Origin: Oikopleura dioica
Taxonomy: Eukaryota; Animalia; Chordata
Assembly: GCA_907165135.1 (NCBI GenBank)
Contig: OU015566.1
Coordinates: 310,001 to 374,000, forward strand
Direction: 5' to 3'
DNA length: 64,000 nucleotides
A program made the position numbers and the translations under genes. The notes below the pieces were generated by a model. That model saw only the letters and a program-made list of their open reading frames with translations, made no database searches and was not told the origin of the DNA. Shown here piece after piece: positions 46,018 through 58,116 of this stretch (positions are counted from its first letter, which is position 1; every line of letters begins with the position of its first letter).

Positions 46018-48970
46018 ATGAGTTATTTTGACGACGACAAGTACGGGGATGTAACCGATCCGGTGGGATCAGCATTTGATTCGGGTGACAGCTTCCAGCC
46101 TCAAGATACATCCGTAACAATCCCACAACCATCAGAACAACCGAAGTGGGCCATGGCTCCTCGTATTTTTCCTTCGAGTCAACAAGAAGAACACGTTGAA
46201 ATTAATGAAGCGCCTATTTATCGAGCTCCAGAAATCGTTGTCGATTCGAAGATAAGTTACCTAGGGACAATCGAGAAAAAATTCAGGAAATTGATTTCAA
46301 CGAAAGACATTTAACCTAAAAATTTTCTTTAGAGCGCTTGTAGAAGGGTTCGAAATCCGCCGAAAACGCAGAGTGAAAAGCGAATTACGAACTCTGACGT
46401 GAACAGAAATTTAAAGACTTTAATTTTCTTAGGGAACTAACCATGGCCCGTGTAAAGTGACCTTGTCGAGCTAGCTGAGACGCTATTTCACACGCGCCAT
46501 TTTATTTTCTGAATATAAATGATAAAGCGAAAGAATCGGTAATCCGGAGTTATTAGCGCGCGCGTTGGGGGAATCGTGCGCAATCGGAAAACACATTTTT
46601 CTCATTTTTGAAAACCCACCATTCCCATCTTTAAGGAAAACCAACTTTCCCATCTTTGAAACCCATCTTTCCAATCATTCCCACCTTTCCCATCTTTCGG
46701 AAAACCCATCTTTCCCTATCCCATCTTTTGTTTGAAAGATGAGTTCCCGACCGAAGCTCGACAGGTTATTGTTATCATAACCCCACAAGCCAATTTTTTT
46801 TTTCGAGAATCGTCTGCTCTTTCTTCTGAATGTATCTTTTATTTCGTACGATGAAAATGAGGGAGCTAATCATTTGATCATTTCCAGGAGATAGCTCAGC
46901 CTTTAATCTTTCAATTCATGTCCTTTCGAAAATTTTATCACGACTGTTAGACCCTAGAAAAGCCCGACCTATGCGTAGGTCGATATGCGGGCAGAAGTGA
47001 CAAATTTTTCACGCGGGCAGGGGTTAAGAGGGGGGTCGCCAATATTCGAATAACGGAAAAACAAGAAAGCGGGAAAATCTGATTGTATTAAAAACATTTG
47101 ATTTCTTAGGTAAAAAGGGAAGGATGGAAAGAATTCATCGGCGAGTAGAAAAAAAAATTCTTGGAAAACTTTCTCAAAAAATAAGGTTAAACTGGGGGCG
47201 TCTCCCGAAAAAAAATCTCGAAACCCTTAATTTTTTATTGACAATCAAGTTTTATTTACAGATAGATAGGACCCTTAAGGAGGGGGTCGTTGATATGAAA
47301 ACTTTTCGACTTTGAAAATTTTGACCAGATTTTGAATTACTCATGAAAAAATAAAATTTTTTGGTTCCTGGCTTTCTTTGATTGGTCAACGTTAAAGCTC
47401 GCCTTTTTTGCGCGAGATACTGGGTCAGAATATCAATTGGTGTTCAAATCAGAGTTCGAAATCTATGGGAGTAAAATTGGGAGCTTCCAAAGGGAGCTCC
47501 CTTTTTTGGGAGCACGGAGGGAGCAGGAGCACAGGTTTTCAGGGCTGGGAGTAAATTGGGAGCTCCCCAAATAATAATAATTATTAGCTTAATAATTATT
47601 AATTATGATACCGTGATTGCTCAGATTTTTATTAGAAGAGACGTTTTTTTTATTAGATTTATTTTTAAATGTCTCTTCTGAAATTTGATATCAATAAATA
47701 GCCTAAAATTGACCTAAATTTGGTTATGTAATTTTAATAAGAAAATATTGAAGTCATTCACGAAATTCGCCTATTTGGCATTATGCCTATTTATACTTTC
47801 TTTATCATTGCTATATAATAACCATACAACGATGGTTTTGCTACTTAGACTTTACTTAATAAAATTAAAAACTTTCGAAAATTTTTGAAATTTGAAAAAA
47901 GGGAGCAAAATTGGGAGCTCCCAAAGGGAGCTCCCTTTTTTGGGAGCAGGGAGGGAGCAGGAGCACGGGTTTTTTACGAGGGAGCTCCCTTTTTTTCAGG
48001 GTGAGGGAGCAGGGAGGGAGCGGGAGCACGGATTTTCTACCAGATTTCGAACTCTGGTTCAAATACAAATTTTAGGTATTCAGTAAAAAATAAGGTCCGA
48101 ATCCGCGGAAGAATACTTATTTAGACCACCAAAAATTGTGAGTGTGCGCGACGCGCCTTAATTAATATATTTTTTTTAGTAGAAAAAAATTTGTATAAAA
48201 ATACCGCGGGAAAACAAAAGCACTGTAGACGATCTGAAATAAAGTCATAAATACTCAAATTAACCCTTTGTGATAAGAAACGAAGTCTACCGATCTACAA
48301 ATTCTGATTCTATCTCGAAATCGATCGAAGAGCTAAAAAGGGAGACGATATCCAAGTGCGAAAAGAACGACTTATTCAGTTTTTACAGATTATTCAAAAC
48401 CGCCACATTACTGTCTTTCAAACTCCAACTCTGGAACCAGAATTTTATCTCTCTGCTGACAATTTTCGAGAAGCAGATCCTGATTTCGTTGCATATGTTA
48501 TTTCTAAAATTCTTCCAGGTAAAAATTCAACTTCTTCAGATTAAATCAGAATATTTCCTAAGGCTGCAAATTGCCGGAAACCTTAGTCAAACCCTGCAAT
48601 TTTTACGACGACCGTCTCTATCAGTTTTCGATTCGAAAAACCGCCTGCTGTTGTTTAAACAAGCCAGAGTGGGATGACTTAATGCCGCCTTCAGAAGAGG
48701 ACCTGATGATCATGGAAGTTGTAAGTTCTTTTAATCCCATTGGATTCACAACTTTTTGATTTAGACTGGTTGGACCAAAAGACAGCTTTACAAAGGGATG
48801 AATAAGGCGCAAGAGGATCGTAAGATAAAAGATATTCTTATTTCTGACTCAAAATTATATTTTAAGTGATGGGACAATATGTGTCAACAATTTTTTTGCG
48901 ATTTTTTCTTTACATCTTCATTATTCAAGTTGTGACTATACTGAGCTTGATGAAAGCTGGAATTATTTAG
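46018..48970 (+). CDS. Uncharacterised tail-anchored protein, paralogue P3
   Basis: Exons 46018-46286 (GA donor), 48331-48518, 48563-48720, 48765-48819, 48867-48970. Peptide MSYFDDDKYG...IEKKFR|AKKGDDIQVRKERLIQFLQIIQNRHITV...FYLSADNFREADPDFVAYVISKILPG|CKLP...DDRLYQFSIRKTACCCLNKPEWDDLMPPSEEDLMIMEV|TGWTKRQLYKGMNKAQED|LMGQYVSTIFLRFFLYIFIIQVVTILSLMKAGII*. Confidence 0.87.
47450..48056. mobile_element. hAT-like MITE (GGGAGC subfamily) in P3 intron 1
   Basis: Perfect TSD GTTCAAAT; internally deleted, inverted copy of 7768-8589. Confidence 0.9.
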
Positions 48971-50778
48971 TTGTTAACTGTCACATATAAATAAAGAGAA
49001 AACTTTTTATTCAAAAGATAAGAAAACATATAACACTTTCTTGTTGATCACACTTATTGAATCAGAAGGGTCCTCTAAATACGGCTAAATCTTAAGCTTG
49101 AGGGTCCCCCCGTCAACAATTTTCGAAAAATTTATTTTCGGAATTTCACAAAATTGGACTTTTTGACGAAAAATGACGAAAAAGTCCCAATTTTGCTTTA
49201 ATTTTAGATTCTTATTGGTCAAGAAGTTCTCCGAACAAGTTTTTATGATAAATTGAACTTTCAGGCACGCTTAGAAGCCAAAATATGGCTTTTTTGAAAT
49301 TTTCGATTTTTCGAGGAAAATTGTTGACGGGGGGGTCCTTAAATATTGCTAAATCGTTGGAAAAGCATCCCCTAAAGAACATGTATTATGATGGCATAAA
49401 AAAATGTTTTTCTTTTATGAAACATATGTTTTAGACTTTTCAATTTGTTAAAAAGATAATTTTTGTTGCGCAGCATGGCTCTGCCATTCACCACTAATAC
49501 AATTCGCCCACGCAATTTAAAGCTTCATTTCCCCAGAGCTCCATCTCCCCAGAGCTTCATTTCCCCAAGAGTTTCATTTGCCCAGGCTAAGGAGAACGTC
49601 TCTTAGTGTTCGTTAGCTTAAGGGGTCCCCCTCCGGAATTTCAAATCTTGATGACGGGCCCTTCTGAGACATATTTAGATTCCCCGTGTTCTGTGCATCA
49701 TTTTGATGTATTATAGTCCCCCCTTACAAATATCTTAACCCAAAACTTTAGCCTTCGAAAATCGCAAAAATGCATGTAAATTGTACTTAGCGTGAAAATC
49801 GTAATTTGTTCGACTTTTCAATGTCCTCAAAAATATACAAATAAGGGGTCTATCGAAAGCTCAGAATGTACTGAGTAAGAATATAATACCCGCACAAGAA
49901 TTTTCGGCCATAATTCGGCGCTAGAGAGCAATTTAATGCCAAAAATAGGCGAAAATGGGTTTGAATAGTTTTTCTTAAGAAAAATTTTTTCTCACTTGAT
50001 CAATCATGGTAAAGCTACTTGCAAATTCAGATAAGCGTCTACTCTTTCGAGTCTGCAAGTTTTAAGAGCAAAACAAAAGCCCAATGAAATTTTATTTCGG
50101 CTTGAAAACACCCCAAAAAGGCGTTTTCTGAAAATTCGAATTTTTCAAGAGCCTCTGGTGGCACGTTTGGGATTCGGAAAAGAGCTAACGCTACTTGCAA
50201 ATTGCAATGAAGGCCTAAACTTTCACATGCAATTGAAATTAGATAAATTCACAATGCCAAACAAAAGTTATTTCGAGTCAAAGTTGGCGATTCCGGGGGA
50301 GGATCCCTTAAAAGAAATCTAGTTTGACTTTAAAAAATATGCAAAAAAATAATTTTTCCAGATTTTTGGCAAAATGAACAGTTCAGTCTGGCCATCATTG
50401 TTGGGGGTAGGAGAATGGCGTTCCTAAAATTAGGAACGGTTCCTAAATTTAGGATCGGTTCCTAAAATTAGGAACGCCATTTCAACTTCTGTTGAGTCAA
50501 CAGAGACTCCAATCAACCGTACTACAAAGACCGTTCTCTATGTGAAGCGTTTTCAATCAAATTAAAAGATCCAAGCATAAATAAGCAAATCAAATTCGCT
50601 GAAGTTAAATTTCTGTAATGGAGCATTTGAAACTCGCTTTCTCTGGCGCTCCATTACATCTGCCGCGAAAGCGAGTTTTCATCTTTTGTTTTCAACTTTC
50701 GATCTCATTCGAAATTGTCCAACTCTAGGTGAGAGTATTCTTTCATTTTTCTGAGCTGTGAAATTTATATCTGTACTA

Positions 50779-50819
50779 GGGGCTGATGAAGGCACAATAG
50801 TCGCCGAAACGCGTACCCC
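50779..50819 (+). ncRNA. Penelope-type minimal hammerhead ribozyme (appears intact)
   Basis: GGGG-CUGAUGA-A-GGC(ACAAUAGUC)GCC-GAAACGCGUA|CCCC. Stem I has 4 GC pairs, stem III is the palindrome ACGCGU, the triplet is GUA, and AAAUAAA follows. Confidence 0.78.
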
Positions 50820-50931
50820 AAATAAATTACGAATCAAATAATTTTCGAAAAATCTATTTTCGGAATTTTTAAATTTTTACCCCGGAAATGGATTCTACAG
50901 GTCAAAAAACGATTTTGAAGCTTCATTTTTT

Positions 50932-51192
50932 GGGGTGTAGGGCGGCCACGTTCTGCAGCAGAACGGCGTTCTGCAAATGCTGAATGGCGTTCTGCACTCA
51001 AAAAATATATGCGCTTCACGCCTGTCTTAAAGGAAATCCCAGAATTTCTTTAATCAGGAGTTACTCTTTAAGCTTAGATGAATGCGTTAAAACTAATAAG
51101 AATCAAGTTATATCGTAAAAAAAATCTTTATGCAGAACGCCATTCTGCATTTGCAGAACGCCGTTCTGGCAGAACGTCGCCGCCCGTCACCC
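50932..51192. mobile_element. GGG-terminus MITE
   Basis: GGGGTGTAGGGCGGC ... GCCGCCCGTCACCC; TSD CATTTTTT; homologous to ~24011-25054. Confidence 0.8.
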
Positions 51193-51838
51193 CATTTTTT
51201 GGGAAAACCTGAAATTGTCAACAAGGCCATCAAGGCCATCACGGCCATCAGGGCCATCGAGGCCATCAAGACCATTTGAGAAATAAACAAAAGTTCCCAT
51301 AACCTGAATTTGTCAACAACGCCATCAAGGCCATCAATTCTAGAAAGTTGCTTCTGAGGTTTCCTTTAAGACAGGCGCGGAGCGCACACCCGCTTTTTCT
51401 GCTTTCTGATCGTCGATTTTTGCTTCAAAAGCACAAAAATTGATCTGCTTCCTAAGCAGTGTCCTTAAGAATAGCGGAAGCAATTTTAAATTCAAATCTT
51501 AGTTAATAATTCAGCTAAGCAGTATTATCTAGAACGTTTCTAGAACCGCGCTTATAAAAACAATAACAACCAAATCTACAAAACTTCGCAAAACCTGAAA
51601 TTGGGAATTGATGGCCGTGATGGCCTTGATGGCCCTGTTGACAATTTCAGGTTCGTCCCCAAAAAATGGGTCTATCTCGACTCTAACACCCTTAAAATCG
51701 CGTTTGAAAATCGGACTTTTTGACGAAAAATGACGAAAAAGTCCAAATTTTACTAAAATTACAGATTTTTATTGGTAAAAAAGTACTCCTGACAAGTTTT
51801 TATCATGAATTTAGTAGTTCTGTCTTTGCATCACTCAA

Positions 51839-51872
51839 GCACTGAAGAAGCCGTAAGGCGAAAAGCTTCTGC
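51839..51872 (+). ncRNA. Minimal hammerhead ribozyme, third sequence family
   Basis: GCA-CUGAAGA-A-GCC(GUAA)GGC-GAAAAGCUUC|UGC. Stem II carries a GNRA tetraloop, stem III is the palindrome AAGCUU, and the triplet is UUC. Confidence 0.72.
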
Positions 51873-52506
51873 AAATAAGTGATATGTATGAAATTCGTTT
51901 AAATATCACGGGACTCGTGATCTTTGTGGTTGGAAATTTGCGAAAAACTGTTTCTACCCCCTTAAACCTTCTTCTAAAAGTAAAGAAAAAAATTGTTTAA
52001 AATATTCGTTTGACTATTATGTTTGATTGTTAATACTGTCTGTCAATCTATTGAAAATGGCAGTAGATTTGAAGCTGCTTTGAAAATATCCGTGTTCTCG
52101 GATAAAGAGAATAAAGAGAGAGGTTAGATTTTCCGTAAATTAGATTTGACGTATCTTAGATTTTACGTATATTAGATTTTCCGTAACTCACGGAAAATCA
52201 AATTTCACGGAGTTTTTCCGTGAGTCACGGAAAATCGAATCTACGGGAATTCGAATCTCTAAAGGAAAAGTATTGGATAAAAAATTACTGAATGTACAGC
52301 TTAGACGTTATTTTCGAAATAAACATTTTCTGAATTCTCAATCTCAAAAAGACCACAAAGGCTGAGCAGGAGATTAAATTTAAGTACTTTTTGATGAGAC
52401 CAAGAGGTGCGATTGATTATTATTTTCCGGGAGAAACTATTTTATTGAGATACAGAAGGATTTATAAGAATTTTGATGAGTCATTATCAATGATGAGTCT
52501 TCAAAT

Positions 52507-53197
52507 TTACATAGGTTGAGCAGCGATTGGCTGGACGATGGTCTTTGGTGGTCGAGTCTGGAGTTCGTGCTGGACGATAACGCACAAGGAGCAGAACCAG
52601 ACGGTGAGGAATTCGACGGCGGGGGAAGCCATTGGGATGCCGTATTTCTCCTTGATTTCCTTTCGCTGCTTGAAGAGCATGATGGAAGTCAGCTAAAAAT
52701 AAATTAAGAAAGTGATTCTTACAAAAACTTTAAGGTTTCCCCCCTGATTATTTCGCCTTTTGATTATATACAAATGTCGCCGTTATATAAAAAATGTTTT
52801 TTATCAAAGAAAAATCGTTCCAGAGAATGATTTTCTTTTAAATAATGAAAGGCAAAAAGTCATTCCAAGTGACAAAATAATAAGTTAATCTTTTTGTCAC
52901 CTTATTAAGTTTTTAGTAACTTACGATTGAACCAATGGCGTTGATTGTAGGCATGATGTTGTTGACCATCATTGGAGTAAAGGTGACAAATTTAGATAGA
53001 GGTTGCATCCAGATCCAATTGTATCGTCCAGAAAGTTCACCAAGAGCAACAGTTCCAGTTCGGAGGCCGTTCTTGCTCTTGTCGAGTCGAGCCTGGGTGG
53101 AGTTGACAACAAGGCAGGGACAAATGATTGCTTTGCAGCAGAGCCCGAAATCGCAATGGAAGAGTGAGGAATTAAACTGACCCTTTTTGATGGTCAT
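52507..53197 (-). CDS. PLAC8/cornifelin family Cys-rich protein (152 aa)
   Basis: Exons 53197-52925 and 52692-52507 with a GTAAGT...TTTTAG intron. Motifs GQFNSSLFHCDFGLCCKAIICPCLV...ARLD and QRKEIKEKYGIP...EFLTVWFCSLCVIVQHE match the two halves of the PLAC8 domain. Confidence 0.85.
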
Positions 53198-56100
53198 TAA
53201 AGTGAAGAATAAAATAAAAATAAAAGAAATATTTTGAACATATATCTTCGTTAAGCATGAGCCTCAATAGACTATTGACAATAGTGAATCCCCGAAAAAT
53301 AAGAAGCAATTTTATGCTAGATTAAGGGTGTCAACAACGATCGAATATGGGTCTTTCTTTTGATTCGACAAATAAATATCATTTTATTTAGCTTACAGGG
53401 ATTCCAAATCTTTTTTCAGATCTGAAATATCTTATCTAGAAAACGAGATATGAAACATTCTATCGGCGCGCTAATGCACTAGCACTCAGTAGAAATACAC
53501 TATTAGAAAGGTGATTTTTTAATTTCCGGTTTGGTATATCAAACTATATATTTTCTAAAAGCTTGAAAAAATCTCTATTCGCTGATACCAATATTGATAA
53601 GATCAGGCAATTTTTTCAAGTTCGAACTGCGCGCCAAAAGTCGCAAACAACTGCTCTTTCGCGCCGGAAAAGAGGATTAAGAGATTAATCAGTATACAAT
53701 CTGAGCGCACCGGGTGATTGCCGAGGTATTAAACTATTATCCCTGTGAAAATAAGAATATTCGAGCTTTAGGATCACCACTAGAATCGAGCACGAAAATT
53801 CGGAAAATCGTATGTTTGCACAATGCATGCTGTCCGGATGCATGCATGCAAAATCGAAAAAAGGGCTTTCAGAGCCGTCGTAGTTTCGTCTGAAGATTCT
53901 TCTCTGAAAATTTCAGGTTCTTTTCTCATCTAGAATTCTAGTAACGGGGGTCAAAAGTTACCCCTATTTTGTGTATTACGGGCTTCCTTTGAAATCGGCG
54001 GGAGGATTAACGAGAGTACTAATCCAAAATCGGGCTTTCAGAGGCGTCACAGAAGGGTTTAAACATTCTTTTTCATTCATTTTTGAAAGAAATACCGCGA
54101 TTGGCATTTCTGACTGACTGATTCTGATTTTCGACTGAAATAACTAATCAACCAATTAAAATTTGACTCTAGTGTCTCTTCTTTGAGAGTTCCGTCAAAC
54201 CAGTGACGCCTACGCAATCTACGTTACAAATCTCCTATGTTTTTAGCATGGAGAATTGTAACGTCAATGTGCATCTTTCAAAAATCAGTCAGTCAGGACT
54301 GCCAATCGCGGTATATATATCTTCCGAATTGGCAGTAGGTTGGCAGCTACCTTAAAATATGTGCTGCTCGTTGTAATTGTGGTTAATTATGAGTTGTGAA
54401 TTGTTGTTTCGACCCAAATTTATATTCTGATCATGGGTAGAAAAAAATTCTTTCATTTTAATATTACCTTATCCGTTTATTTTTCCTCGAAAATTTATCA
54501 TGAGAGTTATTGTTCTTGTTACGCAGTTACTTTGCAGTGGAATAAATATTTTTAAGGATTTTTTTTTTTAATTTGAAACCTCGCAAGATATTTATTCTTT
54601 CTAGAATGACAATAATTGTTTTGCTTCAAAGACCTTTAATATTCAAAAAAGCCATTTTTACATCAGAAATCGTTTCGCTGAAGGCTTAAAAAAATGGAAA
54701 AATGATGAATTTTTATCACAAAAAATTATATTTCATTTTTTCTTTTTAATTATCAATCAAAAATTTTGATAATTAAAGATTCTTTTTGCTCTTAAATAAC
54801 GATTCATGCGAAAAAATTTAAGATTTTACCCAGAGTTCGAAATCTGAAAAGAAATGGCGACTGCCACTGCCAAGTGACTGCCAAAATCGGCAGCTGCCAC
54901 TGTACTGCCAGAAACTGCCGATTTCGATAGTATTAATTAAAAATTTTTAAAGTCAAATTTTGTTCAAATTAGTCTTTTAGACAAGTTGAGCATTTAAAAG
55001 AAACATTTTCTCAAAATAAAAATGTCTCTTTTGAATCAAAAGTTTCGATAAAAAAAATGTAATAAAATAAGTCTCGGGAGATAAATTTGATCATTAACGT
55101 TAGTTTTATTGATCATTCAAAATAAAAAACTAAATATCTTACGAAGTGGCAGTAGGTTGGCAGCTGACAGTGACTGCCAATCCTTAAAAAATTTTACTTC
55201 CAAGTGACTGCCAAAATTTGCAGCTGCCAGAAAATTTGGAATTATGTTTTAACCTTTGTCACTTGTCCATAAAGACTTTCAATACGAGATGTTCATATAA
55301 AAATTATTCGATGACCATTCCTGAAAGTTGCCAGAGGGAGTTGGCTGGGAGCTAACGGGCTGGCTTTCGACGGTCATTTTCAAAACTAGTCTTCTTTTGT
55401 TTTGATCTTTTGTGAACTAAATAATACATGCGGGTCACTCCTTTTATAGGCGACATCGAAAACAATTCCAGGAATTTAGGCATTCGAGAGAGAAAAATTT
55501 TTTTATTTATTTTTTAGAATTCTAGAAAATTCCTGTCGTAAAATATATCAAGCTTTAAGATTTTGGCGCAATTGAAGGGCATCAATCGATACATTATGTC
55601 TGTCGACGTGATTTTACGAGTGTAAATGATAAAACATTAGTCTCGTTTCTTTCTATTGAATAGTCTCAATTATTTGAGAAAAATTTTCTAAATTGATTTT
55701 TGAAAATGTTTCTTTTTAATTATTTTGAACGAAAAAATTACACTATTTTATGAAACGAAGGAGGTCAGCCCTCATTTTTGCGATTATGGGATTTTTTGAA
55801 AAACAATTTGCCAAATTTGAACTGAAAATTAAGATTTCAGAAAATTTTTTATTTTATTTTTCCTTATTAAGAATGGCGTGAGAATTTCATTACTAGATGA
55901 ATTTTTAAAGGCGAAAAAAAGGGGTGCTGAAACCGCTCATATAACTGTCTCTTAAATTTTTTCCTCTTTTTAATCAGTGTTTACTCGATAACACGGCTGA
56001 AATCATTAATTCCAGACAACGAAGAAAAACTTTTATCTTAAAAATTTTTTGCTGCTATAGAAAATTTAGAAAAAAATTGGCGTTAAAAATCCGAAATCTC

Positions 56101-57641
56101 CATTATATCGTGATTATCATTTCTAAGTGACCAAATTTAATTTATATTGTAATTCTCGCGGACATATTTTGCATTGTAAAGTGTCCGCGACGATTCGAGT
56201 TGGTCATTCAGGAATGATAATCGCGGTACTTAGGCTGTTTATCTTAGATTTGCTCTTTTTTTATTAAAATTAAGGGGATACTTATCTTAAAATTTTAATT
56301 TTTTTTATTTTACACACAAAGTCAGCTGATTTAAATGAAAATGTATATTTTTTGGATAATAAGCTTGAAGAGAAGAAATCAAATCAGTTTTTAATTTCCA
56401 CCGCCGAACATATTCGAAATGAATGCTTGAGATTCGTCCTTGAATTCAAAGGCCTCCATTGCTGTGTACATCATAAGACCTGAATGAACTGTTTTAGAAA
56501 TTGTCAACAAGCTAAAAAAACAGTTTTTTCTTTCTCAGTTCAATTTTCAAATTTCCCCGCCTAAAAATTTCGCTACTTCTACCCAAATCTGCCATATTTT
56601 GAATCTGAAAATCAATGCTTTTAACCCAAATTTGTTTTATCGGCTTCAGTAGAAAAAGATAGATCTTGTGCTGACTGATTTTTGTTTAAGGACCCCCCGG
56701 CAGGGATCGAAATTTGCTGTTCACTCAGAGTGAATAGAATGAGCTGTTCAGTGTTCACTGTTCTCTCTGTTGTGAACAGAAATTCTGGATTTCTGTTCAC
56801 TCTAGAGTGAACAGTGATCAGCATTTTGAAAAGTAGAGTGAACAGTGAACCGGGTTTTGACAAATTCTAGAGCAGATTGGTTATTGTCGAGTTAAATTTC
56901 AGAATTGAAAAAGTAATAATTTTGTTCTAGAATGAATTCTTCAAAAAAAAATCATGACGAGAATAACTTTATACTTTAAGATTTGTCGGAAGAGACGATT
57001 TATTATTCTTTCACTACTTGAAACGTCTCTTTTGTGACCAACAAGTGTTCGTTAGCTTCAAAGAAATCTAGTTTGACTTTAAAAATTTTGCAAAAAAAAT
57101 GTATTTTTCCAGATTTCGGGCAGAGTGAACAGTTCACTCTGTTCATTCGAGTGAACAGTGAACTGAATTTTGAGATTTCTGTTCACTCCAGAGTGAACAG
57201 TGGACAGAGGTTTTCGGCAGATTTCGAACCCTGCCCCCCAGTCAGCTTTTTTTCGAAAAATCGAGTTTCGGAATTTTAAAATTTTGACCCCGCAAATGGA
57301 TTCTCCGGGTCCAAAAACGAGTTCATTTAATGAAGGTCTATCTTGACTCCGTCAATCCGAAACTCGCATTTGAAAACTGGACTTTGGGCTCGGTACTTGC
57401 TAAGAAAATTTTGCTGGCAAGGCAAGTTGATTTGCAAGGCAAGAAAATTTTGCTTTTGCAAGGCAAGTTGCCGACCCCGAAGGGGGCATATCGCCAGAAA
57501 TTGCCAAAAATATTCATTTTTTCGACGGGAAAAGCTGACGAGGGTCCCATAGAGGTGATTATTCGAAACCTTCCGTACCAAATTCGTTTAAATTAATGAA
57601 TCTCAATTATTTTCCCTTATTCTCGATAAAAACAAGTCGGA

Positions 57642-58116
57642 TTAGGATAAAAATTTGTCTACTAATATACAAATAAAAAAAGATATTTGCGAAAAAAACC
57701 GATTGAGGATCATTGATAAGTGAAGCGAATCTATTGTAAAAATCGTCAATTCCGATGAGTAACTTACAGATTTTTGCTTGAACGGATAATTCCGCGGGAA
57801 AAGTAAAAGTTGAAATTGTTTTCTTCGGAGTGAATTTACTATCGATTTTACACACTGGTTTTTCATCTTTACTAAAAAGGATGTAGATGAAATTTTTTGT
57901 CGTGAAAATGGAATGATACCTGAAAATTACTTGACGCTTTTTCGTCAGCTTCACTTTCTCCTCCTTTTTTGTTTTGACTGGTTCTTTGCTGATGTCAAAG
58001 ATGACATTATTTTGTGGATCTCGGAAGGTGTCCGACTCGGAGCACAATGATGCAGAATGATGGAAGCTTCCACAAATTTCGGTTTGTCCAACAACGATCC
58101 CATAATTGAAACCTTT
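57642..58116 (-). CDS. Divergent scramblase/tubby-C-like barrel protein B, 3' exons
   Basis: Exons 58116-57920, 57871-57768, 57730-57642 (48- and 37-nt GT-AG introns). GSFHHSASLCSESDTFRDPQNNVIFDIS...KPVCKIDSKF...TFTFPAELSVQAKIYSLHL parallels the PLSCR strands (compare FPLDLDVKMKA). Putative 5' exons at ~59050-59380 do not phase cleanly. Confidence 0.6.

Noticed and set aside
48270-48677. 135-aa ORF overlapping P3 exons 2-3
   Set aside because: Alternative frame. Homology to P1 and P2 and splice phases support the other frame.
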